Shown piece by piece: positions 46,754 through 54,712 of a DNA stretch of 64,000 nt. Location: IMG/VR virus record IMGVR_UViG_3300021964_000012, positions 186,001 through 250,000 of that record; one strand, given 5' to 3'. How positions within the stretch are numbered: the stretch's first letter is position 1; each line of letters opens with the position of its first letter. Under the pieces are notes generated by a model. The model searched no databases and was not told the DNA's origin. It was given only the letters and a program-made list of their open reading frames with translations. The position numbers and the translations under genes were made by a program.

Positions 46754-47288
46754 TGTGTAGTGCAACAAGACGTGCATAACTGATTGCATGTGATTTTTTA
46801 AATACAAAACCAGCACTATTATCTCCATCCCACACAGTAGCAAATACATCAGTCCAACTCTTACGTTGTAGGTGAGATTTACCTGGACGTATTATACTGA
46901 TAAATGCTGCCATGCGTTGTATGTTGTCTGGTTGCATTGCAACTATTAGGTCATGATAGTTCCCAATATGCACTATCTGTTCGCAAAAATCTTTGTCTTG
47001 TAAACGTGTCCAGTCTGTTTCTTTTGCCAACATAGCATCATAGTGTGCTTGGTCACGTATCAGTGTGTACACACTTTGATTAAGTAAGTCTAATTTAAAA
47101 TACCCACGTTGTTCTGCATACTCATAGTCTATGCTTGCACAACTGTTTATTGCATCAAATGGTACAGGAGTAACATAAACACCACTATTGTGCTTTTTTC
47201 CTTCTGCGTTCATTCTTGCCGGTGTACATTGAATCAAATCAATTATCTGTTGCCTATCAGCAAAATCTATGTCAACATCAGCACTCAT
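46728..47288 (-). CDS. Miniature DnaE palm-like protein (186 aa)
   Basis: ADVDIDF at the very N-terminus, KHNSGVY, GYFKLDLL and FKKSHAISYA: four DnaE motifs in the correct order. Confidence 0.75.
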   Translation of the reverse strand: MSADVDIDFADRQQIIDLIQCTPARMNAEGKKHNSGVYVTPVPFDAINSCASIDYEYAEQRGYFKLDLLNQSVYTLIRDQAHYDAMLAKETDWTRLQDKDFCEQIVHIGNYHDLIVAMQPDNIQRMAAFISIIRPGKSHLQRKSWTDVFATVWDGDNSAGFVFKKSHAISYARLVALHINLLCEPV

Positions 47289-47536
47289 TTACTAATGTAG
47301 TGTCCTATGTTAGCAAATTCAGCAATCGCAAATACTATTGCAGCCATAACTAAATCACCAGTTAACAATGCATAGCATCCGCCAATTCTTATCGCACTTT
47401 TTATCAGCAACATATAGAATTGTGGATCTTTGGATTTGTTTACTTTTTCCATTTGTTGGATTTTTGGTCTAGTCAATCCCATTTTCTTCTCCTCTGCAGG
47501 TAATGTAAAACTTATTTTTTCTGTGTAAAACGGCAT
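47285..47536 (-). CDS. Small membrane protein
   Basis: Start moved to MPFYTE; two hydrophobic C-terminal segments. Confidence 0.45.
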   Translation of the reverse strand: MPFYTEKISFTLPAEEKKMGLTRPKIQQMEKVNKSKDPQFYMLLIKSAIRIGGCYALLTGDLVMAAIVFAIAEFANIGHYISK

Positions 47537-47537
47537 G

Positions 47538-48239
47538 CTACCATCCTGCCTGTTTAAGTATTTCTTCACAATATGCCTGATCTGCTGGATAGTCACGAAA
47601 CTTCTTTTGCCAAAAGTCTGGATCAATCCAAGGCCATACAATTTTTGTTTGATCAGGATTCATATCTGCTAGATATCGTTGTCCTGACTCACAGTTAAAC
47701 ACCAACCAAGGTGATATGCGTCCAGTACTTATTGCAAACGCAACTGCATTATCATTTCCATAACGCAAAAAGTCCTGTGCAGGATGTCCAGTACGTTCAC
47801 TCCACTTTATACTATATTCAATGCCACGTTCAAGTGCATCTGTTAGTGCTTCCCGTCTAATATATTCATGAAGGTATTCATCATATACTGCTTCTTTGCA
47901 CCAGTGATCTAGTTTTTTGTTTTGTTTGATCACCCATTCAACAAACTTGGGTACATTGATAGCATTTATACCAACACAATGTCTACCAAATTTTACAAAT
48001 GCTTTGTAGTATGGTGATGTTGCAAAATCTGCATAGCTTTTTAGTTTTGCACTGCCCTGTGTCATGGTGTAAAACTTCAAATAACTTTGCAAACCAATTT
48101 GCACACCAACTTCTTTTTCTTCTTGGAATCTGCGTTTTTGTTCACAGAGATGTACTGCTAGTGTGCTTTCTTTTCTAAACTCACGTTCGCAGTACTTGCA
48201 TCGATAGGTTTCACTTTTTGTCTGCGACTCCGCTGTCAC
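47538..48239 (-). CDS. Protein with an N-terminal C2H2/C2HC-type zinc finger
   Basis: YRCKYCEREFRKESTLAVHLC fits Y-x-C-x2-C-x3-F-x5-L-x2-H. Confidence 0.7.
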   Translation of the reverse strand: MTAESQTKSETYRCKYCEREFRKESTLAVHLCEQKRRFQEEKEVGVQIGLQSYLKFYTMTQGSAKLKSYADFATSPYYKAFVKFGRHCVGINAINVPKFVEWVIKQNKKLDHWCKEAVYDEYLHEYIRREALTDALERGIEYSIKWSERTGHPAQDFLRYGNDNAVAFAISTGRISPWLVFNCESGQRYLADMNPDQTKIVWPWIDPDFWQKKFRDYPADQAYCEEILKQAGW

Positions 48240-48660
48240 GCATGTGTTCCTTCAGTTCTTTATTTGTTACAAGTTTACTGAGCATATCTATTTCATCTGC
48301 TTTCATTGCAGGATACAACTCCATCAACATCTTCTTTGCTTCATTATTGCCTTTTTCTTTCTTCTTTGGTGGTATCCACTGATGTCTGTGATTGCCCATA
48401 CCAGGTGAAATAGCAGTAGCACATAACCATTGTAGTTTAGGATGCTTGTTTATGTCAAAGAAATGTTTATTCAAACGTTCATTACAGGCTATCAAATAGT
48501 ATTCTTGAAGTTCATTAGGACCTTGCACACTTGATCCCCAACGTATCATGAGAAAGTTGGAAAACTTTTTGCGTTCTTCATCTGTCAGACTATCGTAAAA
48601 GTCTCTGCTTTTACTGTCAAGACAACGCATCTCATTTGCTATGTTTAGTTTTTCGCTCAT
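48211..48660 (-). CDS. Possible clamp-loader small-subunit (gp62-like) protein
   Basis: Start moved to MSEKLN. N....N..F..I..HP.LQW, WI.PKKK and Y pattern recalls gp62; replication context. Confidence 0.45.
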   Translation of the reverse strand: MSEKLNIANEMRCLDSKSRDFYDSLTDEERKKFSNFLMIRWGSSVQGPNELQEYYLIACNERLNKHFFDINKHPKLQWLCATAISPGMGNHRHQWIPPKKKEKGNNEAKKMLMELYPAMKADEIDMLSKLVTNKELKEHMRDSGVADKK

Positions 48661-48880
48661 TGTGTTTTTTCCATATCTTGTGCAGTATGTAAAACCAAAA
48701 TCCGTTGATACAAGGTTCAACTAATGCAACTGCGCCTGCTTCCCATAAACTTGAACCAGTCATCCAGTAAACAACATTCATTGCTATTATAACATGACCA
48801 ACAGTATAAATCAATGCCAATGCAATACTATCATCTACTTTTTCTTTTACAACAGTAAATATTCCTCTAGTAAATTCCAT
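48632..48880 (-). CDS. DUF2061-like small membrane protein
   Basis: YTVGH..IA...Y..TG.....A..ALVEP......YILH.IW. Confidence 0.7.
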   Translation of the reverse strand: MEFTRGIFTVVKEKVDDSIALALIYTVGHVIIAMNVVYWMTGSSLWEAGAVALVEPCINGFWFYILHKIWKKHNERKTKHSK

Positions 48881-48884
48881 ACGA

Positions 48885-49385
48885 TCACCATGCTTTGTTA
48901 TAGTCTACAATTTCGCAGTTACGACTGATATCTTTTACAAAATAAACACATCTTGGATCATTTTTGTTTTCAACCGGTACTGCCAACATCTGTCCATTTT
49001 TAAGTTTAGGAACATACCAAGTTACGTCTTGATAAACATCAATTATTTCTATATCCAGATAGGTTGGTGTAAAACTTGTGTGTGGATTGAATTGGAAAGT
49101 TTTAAAACCTCTATCATTGATACTAGTTAAAGGTAACATCTCAAGATCACCAACTTCTGGTTCACCAATCAGTACCTGCCAATCAATTGGCATTTTCATC
49201 TGTGTTTCACCAATACGCAATACCAATGCTGGCGAGTTAAATGTTTCTAAAAATATTAATGGAATATAGATGTGATCTGGATTGGTTGGATCACTGTTGT
49301 CAAAAATAGCAAAACGTAAGTCATCTATCTCTTCAGGCAATGTATCTAATTCAAACACAGTATTTTCTAGTGTTAGTATTCTCAT
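48885..49385 (-). CDS. Beta-rich hypothetical protein
   Basis: Intact ORF in the replication operon; family not recognised. Confidence 0.6.
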   Translation of the reverse strand: MRILTLENTVFELDTLPEEIDDLRFAIFDNSDPTNPDHIYIPLIFLETFNSPALVLRIGETQMKMPIDWQVLIGEPEVGDLEMLPLTSINDRGFKTFQFNPHTSFTPTYLDIEIIDVYQDVTWYVPKLKNGQMLAVPVENKNDPRCVYFVKDISRNCEIVDYNKAW

Positions 49386-50110
49386 AATGTCTCCATCAAG
49401 TATTTTGCAAATAGTTCATGAGCTCGTGCTCCAGGGTGTCCGTGTATTCCATACAAATGTTCGTCCTTTGGTTGCAATCCTTGTTCTCGTGCAAAGGTTC
49501 CAAAACTAAATTTCCAAGGGTCTATAACTCCTTCATCCTTTAGTATTGTGTCTTGTAGACTACTAATAAAAGGACTATTGTATCCAACGTATTCGCTACC
49601 TTCAAGTTTATCAACATTTGAAAATATCTTATACTTAATACCTTTACTACGTAACCAACCTATTAGCATAACTAAATCAGTACATAGTTCGGTCATTTGT
49701 GATTCTCGATTATAATGCATTAACCATTCCTTATAGTATTCACTAACTACTGGATCAACTTTTTCATGTATATTTGGTACTATTGAATCCATTAGTCCAT
49801 TAGTCCAAGATACGTTTTGCGTTGGCTTAATTTGATAAAAATGCCCATCGTTGTCGACTGCTGGCAAGTCTGGTCTCCATATTTCGCTGCGACTTATAAA
49901 AGTCAATCCTATAAGAACTAATACATCATCTGCAATTTCATTTACATCACGTAACGTGGTTCTGATTATACGTCTATTGCAAGAACCAGGTATAGCTTTA
50001 TTAATTAGTTGTGCTTTAAGAGTTTTTGCAATGATTTCAGAATATACTGGATGACTCTTAGTAGGTACACCAAAACTACAACTATTTGAATAAAGTATCA
50101 TTTGTTCCAA
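49382..50110 (-). CDS. SGNH-like protein
   Basis: NSCSFG, NKAIPGSCN.RI.R and terminal HPGARAH..FA. Confidence 0.6.
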   Translation of the reverse strand: MEQMILYSNSCSFGVPTKSHPVYSEIIAKTLKAQLINKAIPGSCNRRIIRTTLRDVNEIADDVLVLIGLTFISRSEIWRPDLPAVDNDGHFYQIKPTQNVSWTNGLMDSIVPNIHEKVDPVVSEYYKEWLMHYNRESQMTELCTDLVMLIGWLRSKGIKYKIFSNVDKLEGSEYVGYNSPFISSLQDTILKDEGVIDPWKFSFGTFAREQGLQPKDEHLYGIHGHPGARAHELFAKYLMETL

Positions 50111-50150
50111 TCCAGTTTTTCTAGTGTCAGTATTCTCATAATTTCTCCAA

Positions 50151-50753
50151 TTATTTTATCTTGTGTCTTTTCATTATTACGCCGTATTCAAAAAAGTCTT
50201 GTCGGACTATTTCAAACCCTTGTGCTAAAAGCCAAATAACATTTGCTCCACATTTTCCTACCCAACAGTCATTCAAGGTATGAGTATCATCAAACACGAC
50301 TACTGCATCGTCAGTAAGATAAGGAAATATAGCAATCATTTGTTTCATGTGTTCTACCTGGCAGGTTTGATTTGCCAATGGTATGCCTAGTTCTTCTCTA
50401 TAGAAACGTCTTTGTTTTATATCACTATCATCTAATATAAGGTCGATATCCCATATATAATCAAAATTGTCTAGATATAGACAACTAATTTTTTTATCTA
50501 ATTTTGGCAATTGATTCACGCACCAATCACTGCCCCATCCAATATGCCATGTTGCTGGTAGATCTGGAAGACGTCTTTTTGGTTCATCAATAATATCTAC
50601 AGTGTGCATTTCAGCACCATGCTTTTGTGCTAATCGTGAAAAGTATTCTGTACTGCCTTCGTGTCTATCACTGCCTATTTCTAAAAACATTGTGTTATTT
50701 GTTTCACCTAAGTACTGTTCCGTATGTTTAAATGCGTCGCCCATTAGTTCCAC
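50151..50753 (-). CDS. Class I SAM-dependent methyltransferase-like protein
   Basis: FLEIGS, TVD, LYLD and VVFDDT. Confidence 0.6.
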   Translation of the reverse strand: MELMGDAFKHTEQYLGETNNTMFLEIGSDRHEGSTEYFSRLAQKHGAEMHTVDIIDEPKRRLPDLPATWHIGWGSDWCVNQLPKLDKKISCLYLDNFDYIWDIDLILDDSDIKQRRFYREELGIPLANQTCQVEHMKQMIAIFPYLTDDAVVVFDDTHTLNDCWVGKCGANVIWLLAQGFEIVRQDFFEYGVIMKRHKIK

Positions 50754-52204
50754 TCCAGTTTTTCTACACTGTACGGATAGTTCGCTTCTCTATAGAATGC
50801 TTTACGTTTGGTTAGATGTCTTTTTGCAAATCTGCAAGTAGATGTTATGTCCCAGATTTGGACGTGGTCTTTGTCTTCCGCTTTACGAATACCCCTGCCA
50901 ATACTTTGTATAACCCGTACAAAACTTTTACCAGGCTCAAGAAGGACAAGATTGAAGATACGTGGCAGATTAATGCCCACGGCCGCGACACCATATGTAG
51001 CAATAATAATTTTACCTGTCGCAGTAGCCACTTCATCGTACTCATCCTGTCTTGCTTTTGCTTTGGTTGCACCACTTACAAATACTGCATCATCGCCCAT
51101 TCTGTTTAGTAACTCTGTGCCAGCACTTATTCTATCAACCAATACCAATGTGTTACCAGTTTTATTTACTTCAATAACCAAGCCTGCAATGGTATCAAGT
51201 CTGCCTTTTTCTTCAAATAGATACTTTAATTCACTCTGATAGTTTGTAAATTCAGCATGATCAATTAACTGTACAACATTTACGTGACAGTTTGCAAGTA
51301 CACCTTTTTCCTGTAGCTCACTTGCAGCAAGTTGATTTATCACTGGCCCTAAACTACAATGCAATGCTTGAAACTCATATGGCTCTTTTGGCACTGTTCC
51401 TGTTAGTCCCCAACGCAATGGTACACGTGCCATTACTCCAGTGAGCAATGTTTTAAGTGCATCTGCTTTAGCCATATGTACTTCATCAACTATCACTGCA
51501 ACTACGTCTTCTAAAAACTCATGTATTGTAATATCAACTGTTTGGTTCTTTGTGTTCTTTAGCAACACATTTAGACTTTGCCATGTGCATATTGTATGCT
51601 TATGCCCAAACTCTTTTCTATCACCATAGAATACGCCAACATCAAGTTGCATGTTTGAATAGTCTGCTTCTGTTTGTGTAACCAAACTTTTATTAGGAAC
51701 TATTACAATACTACGTCCATAGTTTTCTACACGTTCACTTAGACTTGCAGTCATAATTGTTTTACCAGCACCAGTTGCTACTTCTTGTATGCACTGTGGA
51801 TTTTTTAAGAAACTGTTTATGATCTCTACTTGATAATCACGCATCTTAATAGGAGTGCCAGAGGCAGGATGATTCTTCGGCCACATAATGTCACTGTAAG
51901 TATCTTCTGCCACTGGATCAAACTTGAATACTGTTTGGTATTCTCTGTTGTCTTGTATGTCAACATCGTAGTTGAAGTCTTCTAATATAGGAAGTATATC
52001 TGGTAACAAGTTTAAGTATGTGCTACCGCCCATTTGAAAGTATGCAACCTTACCATCCCAACGTCCTAGTCGTACTGCTGGCAAGTATCTTGCATGCGGT
52101 ACATCATACTTGAAAGTGTTCACGAGTTTCTTACGAACATCAAGCTCTAGTCCTGATATCTTAAGATTTACTTCATCATTTATTATTAGTGTTGCCGTTC
52201 TCAT
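50744..52204 (-). CDS. UvsW-like superfamily 2 helicase
   Basis: RDYQ, ATGAGKT, VDEVH, GLTGT, GINLP and QSIGRGIR. Confidence 0.92.
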   Translation of the reverse strand: MRTATLIINDEVNLKISGLELDVRKKLVNTFKYDVPHARYLPAVRLGRWDGKVAYFQMGGSTYLNLLPDILPILEDFNYDVDIQDNREYQTVFKFDPVAEDTYSDIMWPKNHPASGTPIKMRDYQVEIINSFLKNPQCIQEVATGAGKTIMTASLSERVENYGRSIVIVPNKSLVTQTEADYSNMQLDVGVFYGDRKEFGHKHTICTWQSLNVLLKNTKNQTVDITIHEFLEDVVAVIVDEVHMAKADALKTLLTGVMARVPLRWGLTGTVPKEPYEFQALHCSLGPVINQLAASELQEKGVLANCHVNVVQLIDHAEFTNYQSELKYLFEEKGRLDTIAGLVIEVNKTGNTLVLVDRISAGTELLNRMGDDAVFVSGATKAKARQDEYDEVATATGKIIIATYGVAAVGINLPRIFNLVLLEPGKSFVRVIQSIGRGIRKAEDKDHVQIWDITSTCRFAKRHLTKRKAFYREANYPYSVEKLEWN

Positions 52205-52210
52205 AATATT

Positions 52211-52238
52211 ATTATATACACTTTTTGTAATTAGTCAA
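52211..52238 (-). promoter_or_regulatory. sigma70-type promoter of the helicase
   Basis: TTGACT-16-TATAAT. Confidence 0.6.
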
Positions 52239-52272
52239 GGAAAGTGGGCAACATTTTTACAACATTGCCCAC
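52236..52272 (-). terminator. Intrinsic terminator after the AAA ATPase gene
   Basis: GTGGGCAA/TTGCCCAC stem (extendable with G-U pairs) followed by UUUCCUU. Confidence 0.7.
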
Positions 52273-52276
52273 CTGT

Positions 52277-52309
52277 GGTTGTCCAGGAGCTAGATCTGAT
52301 ATGACAACC
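52277..52309 (-). ncRNA. 3'-UTR hairpin with apical loop AUCUAGCUC (candidate antisense sRNA seed)
   Basis: GGUUGUC-AUAU-CAG-[AUCUAGCUC]-CUG-GACAACC. 16 nt are exactly complementary to the leader at 7249-7264. Confidence 0.5.
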
Positions 52310-52313
52310 TATT

Positions 52314-53126
52314 CTATCTGCGTTTCATCACAGTGTTTTCTGCTAACTGTTTCCAGTTAGGACTTACCTTTGTAAGATCTGCTATCTTCAACGCCATTCT
52401 CAAACTGACTTCTCTTAATTTATCCTTAACAGTATCCATGAAAGCAATTACTTCGCCTTCCATTTCTTTACTAAGATCATAATCCTTAAACAGTTCGCCT
52501 GTAGCAACAATCTGTTTAATACGTAAGAACTTGTCTCTCATAGTATCAAGTGTAAGATCCAAGTAATGACATCTTGATTGTAATGCATCTAAATGATCTT
52601 GTAGTTTTTTACTTCTAACGTTCTCAAATTTTACATTAGTAATAAAAATTACACCGCCTTTGAATTCAAACTTGTCTGGAATACCTTCTGATCTAAGTTT
52701 GTTACTATCTGCATTCCAATGTAGCACACGTTTCTTACCTGAATCAAGTGCAGCCTTAAGTATATTAAGACTAAGTTCGTCCATAAGCACACTGTCACAG
52801 TCATCAAATACTAACACATGGTTAGCATCTGCATGTCTGTATAATGTAGCATATAGTCCTAGTGCAGTCATTGCACCTTTTACGACTTCATACTTGATTG
52901 GTCTACCAGCAATGCTATCCATCATTGATGCTTTGTCTAATTCTTTTTCAACTCCATAACTCTTTCCGACTCCTGGAGGTCCAGTAACAATCATAGCTCT
53001 AACATCACCAGCAATAACTGCTTTGGTCATATCATGTAGTATATCAAAACGTGTAGCAATACGGTCCATAACCTGCTGATCAGTTTCAAAATTAATAGTT
53101 TTGGAATCTTGTTTTTTCATTTGCAT
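52314..53126 (-). CDS. AAA+/P-loop ATPase
   Basis: GPPGVGKS, VFDDCD, FITN and ALQSR. Start moved to MQMKK (AGGAGAG RBS). Confidence 0.88.
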   Translation of the reverse strand: MQMKKQDSKTINFETDQQVMDRIATRFDILHDMTKAVIAGDVRAMIVTGPPGVGKSYGVEKELDKASMMDSIAGRPIKYEVVKGAMTALGLYATLYRHADANHVLVFDDCDSVLMDELSLNILKAALDSGKKRVLHWNADSNKLRSEGIPDKFEFKGGVIFITNVKFENVRSKKLQDHLDALQSRCHYLDLTLDTMRDKFLRIKQIVATGELFKDYDLSKEMEGEVIAFMDTVKDKLREVSLRMALKIADLTKVSPNWKQLAENTVMKRR

Positions 53127-53167
53127 TCTAGCTCTCCTATGCAATGTTGTTTTCTAACTGTATAAAC

Positions 53168-53195
53168 AGCTTAACACATTATACGTATATGTCAA
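53168..53195 (-). promoter_or_regulatory. sigma70-type promoter (TTGACA-16-TAAGCT) with a TATACGTATA palindrome in the spacer
   Basis: Read directly; the palindrome is at 53180-53189. Confidence 0.5.
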
Positions 53196-53196
53196 C

Positions 53197-53319
53197 CTAT
53201 TTCTTAAGTTTTTTTGATGGTTTATAGTCTTTGCCAGCAACTTTTTTTTGCATTTCGTCTCTGCCTTCAACGTATGTATCAACTATTTCTTGCCACTGTT
53301 GTTTAATCCATTTTAACAT
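53197..53319 (-). CDS. 40-aa peptide MLKWIKQQWQEIVDTYVEGRDEMQKKVAGKDYKPSKKLKK (missing from the ORF track)
   Basis: My translation; follows the stop of 53326-53487 by a few nt. Confidence 0.6.
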   Translation of the reverse strand: MLKWIKQQWQEIVDTYVEGRDEMQKKVAGKDYKPSKKLKK

Positions 53320-53325
53320 TGATAC

Positions 53326-53487
53326 CTAACCTGTTTTCTTTTGAATCTCTGACATTTTTCCTGATCTAGTTTGCAGACCCATTTTGATATACTCATTACG
53401 AACAGCAATACACTCAGACGCAGTAAGACATTCCCAAATTTCAAAGTCACCTGTTTCGGCACTTTCACCTAGTACATAATACTTCAT
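53326..53487 (-). CDS. 53-aa peptide MKYYVLGESAETGDFEIWECLTASECIAVRNEYIKMGLQTRSGKMSEIQKKTG (missing from the ORF track)
   Basis: My translation; TAATG coupling to 53487-53678. Confidence 0.65.
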   Translation of the reverse strand: MKYYVLGESAETGDFEIWECLTASECIAVRNEYIKMGLQTRSGKMSEIQKKTG

Positions 53488-53678
53488 TATTTGTCTTCCT
53501 TTTTCTTCTTACTACGTTGCCAAGGATTTGTTAATGCGCCTTCTGTTCTTGCATTAGCAACACAGACTGTAACCTTTCCACCTTTTGCAAAGTACTCGTC
53601 ATAAGCCTGTTGCAATTCTGGGTCTTTACTTGTTCTTGGTGTAAAGTCTATTTCTTTAATTGTAGATTCGTCTGACAT
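53487..53678 (-). CDS. Small early hypothetical protein (F.AKGGKVT.C motif)
   Basis: AGGAG RBS; intact ORF. Confidence 0.7.
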   Translation of the reverse strand: MSDESTIKEIDFTPRTSKDPELQQAYDEYFAKGGKVTVCVANARTEGALTNPWQRSKKKKEDK

Positions 53679-53689
53679 ATTTGCTCCTG

Positions 53690-53880
53690 TTATAAAACTT
53701 GATCTTTTTACAATCAGTACAGATGATCAATCTGTACCGGGTAGTTTTTAGTTGTAGTGTTATGGTTCCTTGAGTCCTACCTGACTTGTAAACCTCTGTA
53801 GTTGTCGAGCACCGCTCTCCCTTAATCAACTACTTACACTTTACTGCTGGCTATGTCATATTGTTTCCTTTTCCTTACTA
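53690..53880 (-). ncRNA. Structured early leader/sRNA containing the minigene AUG-ACA-UAG
   Basis: Strong SD (AAGGAAAAGGAA) then Met-Thr-stop (53859-53851). Helices GUAGUUG/CAACUAC, GAGC/GCUC, AGUC/GACU and GUACAGAU/AUCUGUAC. Confidence 0.45.
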
Positions 53881-53887
53881 TGCTGTT

Positions 53888-53915
53888 ATAATAACACAGT
53901 TTAAGGTTAAGTCAA
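53888..53915 (-). promoter_or_regulatory. sigma70-type promoter (TTGACT-16-TG-extended TATTAT)
   Basis: Read directly, upstream of the minigene leader. Confidence 0.55.
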
Positions 53916-53936
53916 CCTTTTTATTTGTTTTGGCCA

Positions 53937-54035
53937 TAAAAAAATCGCCCAACTAGTGGACGATCTGATTAAAACCGCTTAGTAACTAAGCGAACATGTT
54001 GGCGCCTTCTCCCAACTTGCGAATTCTTTTTGTTA
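53937..54035 (-). ncRNA. Candidate ~100-nt late sRNA (three hairpins) with minigene AUG-UUC-GCU-UAG
   Basis: TATAAATA at 54040-54047; hairpins GUUGG/CCAAC and CGCUUAG/CUAAGCG; terminator AUCGUCCA/UGGGCGAU plus U-tract. No ORF longer than 3 codons from this AUG. Confidence 0.6.
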
Positions 54036-54070
54036 CTTTTATTTATACTAATAAAAAGACGACTATGTTT

Positions 54071-54655
54071 TTATGGTGCTACATATGCGGCTATGTTAGC
54101 TGGTATGCGTTGAATCCAGGATATTGTCTGTTCATTATCTAAGACAAACTGCCAACTAGAAAACGTTGGACTATCTACACCACCAGAGGGAATTCCGCCA
54201 GCATCTGCAGATGTAGCCGTTAATACCGGAGCAGATCCATCAATGAGTATAGTCTTCTTTTCTGGAATAGCACTTTCACTACCGTCACCATATGCTAGAT
54301 CGGCATTGGTTCCCGGATAGTAGTAGGTACCGTCATGTAGAAAAGGACGCTCGCTTTCTGGATATGAAGCAGAATTAGTATCGCCTGAACTTACAAGTAC
54401 TGTACCAATTGAAGCTTTTCCTGCAGTGATTTCTATACTGCATGCAACTTCTTGTTCTGCAGTATCGTCTGAATTAGTATAATCCCAAGACAAAATGTAG
54501 TGGGTGTCATCTGCTGGTGCATTTACACCATCATATGTATTAACAACGGCAGTAGATATTGCTCCGCTGAACACTTGAACGCCGCCCATTGTTACGGTTG
54601 CAGTTGTTCCGGCGTCGTGATTCCAACCTTCGACTAAAAATTTTCTTGTTGCCAT
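54071..54655 (-). CDS. Acidic Thr/Gly-rich beta protein, putative structural
   Basis: Composition; late promoter at 54710-54715. Confidence 0.5.
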   Translation of the reverse strand: MATRKFLVEGWNHDAGTTATVTMGGVQVFSGAISTAVVNTYDGVNAPADDTHYILSWDYTNSDDTAEQEVACSIEITAGKASIGTVLVSSGDTNSASYPESERPFLHDGTYYYPGTNADLAYGDGSESAIPEKKTILIDGSAPVLTATSADAGGIPSGGVDSPTFSSWQFVLDNEQTISWIQRIPANIAAYVAP

Positions 54656-54712
54656 TTCTTCATATTCCTTTTATAAAAATATGTATATAGATATACATAC
54701 GTATAACTCTAT

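Noticed and set aside
48885-49385. Free-standing intein/HINT domain
   Set aside because: No N-terminal Cys/Ser and no C-terminal His-Asn.
53851-53997. Amber (TAG) recoding, suggested by two SD-AUG minigenes ending in TAG
   Set aside because: TAG is the functional stop of ordinary genes here (2124-2126, 4085-4087, 6526-6528), and long genes are uninterrupted under the standard code.
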